A stretch of 7,348 bases of DNA from Adineta steineri (Eukaryota): NCBI GenBank assembly GCA_905250045.1, contig CAJNOG010001353.1:1-7348 (forward strand), read 5' to 3'. The notes below the pieces were generated by a model. That model worked only from the letters and a program-made list of their open reading frames with translations, searched no databases and had not been told where the DNA came from. This document shows positions 6,653 through 7,348 of this stretch, piece after piece. Every line of letters starts with the position of its first letter. The first letter of the stretch is position 1. Both the position numbers and the translations under genes were made by a program.

Positions 6653-7318
6653 CTAAATATAAACGATAATTATATTGTTGAAATTTTTTTATTTTTGATT
6701 AATGTGATCTACCAAGTAAGTCAGCAAATGTCAGATGATCACCACCTAAATAAGATGATCGTTTTAACCATATATTTTCAAGATCATCAATAGAACTTTC
6801 CCATCGTTCATGCCATTTTTCTAGTTCACGTTCATTTGGTGGCTTCTTAGTCATACGAGGTGTGATAATCTAACAGAAATTTTAACGTAACGTAATAGGA
6901 AAAAACATTATTTTACTTTTGTACGAAAAAGCATTGCACCATTAGCGCGTAAATTGGCATGTTGCCAATTGGCATATTCATTAACACGTGCTCGTTCTTT
7001 TAAATCCACTGGATACCAATCATTTTTTTTGTATTTATCACAAAGATACATAAAAATTGCCACACTAAAATCGAAGATTTTCAGTAAGAATATTCAATTT
7101 ATTTTACTATGTTCTAACCTTTCGGTAAGAATAAAACCCGAATCACTGATAACTGGTACTTTTTTGAATGGATTTATTTGAGAATATTCATCAGTCACAT
7201 GTTCAAGTTTTCGTAATGCAATTTCTTTCGATTCAAATGGTATATTTGTCATTTTAAGAAAAATATACAAAGCCCGAGAGGGCTGTGACATTAAATCGTA
7301 ATAATATACCAAAGGCAT
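6471..7318 (-). CDS. Gstt: Glutathione S-transferase, theta class, gene span. Model: complement join(7318..7119, 7064..6917, 6869..6713, 6652..6471), 228 aa, complete.
   Basis: The N-terminus MPLVYYYDLMSQPSRALYIFLK carries the theta-class catalytic Ser (S11) in the SQPxRA motif. The spliced protein aligns along its length with human GSTT1 as I recall it. Examples are NPFKKVP, ARVNEYANWQH, and YLGGDHLTFADLLGICELMQPIAAG...WMQRV...FDEAHAV versus FLTGPHISLADLVAITELMHPVGAG...WRQRV...FQEAHEV. Three GT..AG introns of 54, 47 and 60 nt all keep the frame (200+148+157+182 = 687 nt = 229 codons including the stop). Confidence 0.93.
6713..6869 (-). CDS. Gstt: GST theta exon 3
   Basis: The acceptor is TTTCTGTTAG| (AG at 6871/6870). 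It encodes IITPRMTKKPPNERELEKWHERWESSIDDLENIWLKRSSYLGGDHLTFADLL. The donor is CTT G|GTAGAT at 6712 (phase 1). Confidence 0.9.
6917..7064 (-). CDS. Gstt: GST theta exon 2
   Basis: The acceptor is GATTTTAG| (AG at 7066/7065). The exon starts with T, completing AGT (Ser), and then encodes VAIFMYLCDKYKKNDWYPVDLKERARVNEYANWQHANLRANGAMLFRTK. The donor is AAA|GTAAAATA at 6916. Confidence 0.9.
7119..7318 (-). CDS. Gstt: GST theta exon 1
   Basis: The ATG is at 7318..7316. The exon ends ...ACC GAA AG|GTTAGAAC (phase 2). It encodes the thioredoxin-like N-terminal GST domain. Confidence 0.9.
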
Positions 7319-7348
7319 CTACAATTAAAGACAATCATACATTTACAA

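Noticed and set aside
6954-7181. 75-aa plus-strand ORF
   Set aside because: It is antisense to GST exons 1-2 and runs straight across the 54-nt intron. The minus-strand GST model explains the region fully.
1-7348. Prokaryotic-style features (operons, CRISPR arrays, defence or mobile-element cassettes, rRNA/tRNA)
   Set aside because: The coding regions are split by GT..AG introns, the genes are metazoan families (homeobox, 7TM receptor, GST theta) with AATAAA signals, and no direct-repeat/spacer array, integrase or transposase ORF is present.

Overview
This window is not prokaryotic. It is strongly AT-rich, compact metazoan-type nuclear DNA in which ORFs are broken by very short GT..AG introns (47-63 nt). 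I reconstruct three co-oriented protein-coding genes, all on the minus strand. (1) An orphan rhodopsin-like 7TM receptor (635-1587) whose reading frame breaks once near 1411. (2) An Nkx6-class (NK6/HGTX) homeobox gene (2904-5202 at minimum) with 4 coding exons. One is a 17-nt microexon encoding the WFQN core of the recognition helix, and one intron is a 1394-nt outlier. Its 5' end is unresolved. (3) A complete theta-class glutathione S-transferase (6471-7318, 4 exons, 228 aa). Each gene has an AATAAA 79-99 nt past its stop codon. The remainder is AT-rich spacer with microsatellites and a GA / TG / CT / poly-T low-complexity block upstream of the homeobox gene. I find no rRNA, tRNA, CRISPR, transposase or recognisable mobile element, and no evidence of a novel multi-gene system. 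The points worth follow-up are gene-structure oddities: the homeodomain microexon, the unresolved Nkx6 start with an eh1-like motif upstream of the first ATG, the receptor frame break, and the outlier intron with candidate regulatory islands. The source taxon cannot be determined. A compact invertebrate genome (rotifer-, nematode- or flatworm-like) is only a guess. All similarity statements come from memory of protein families, not from a search.
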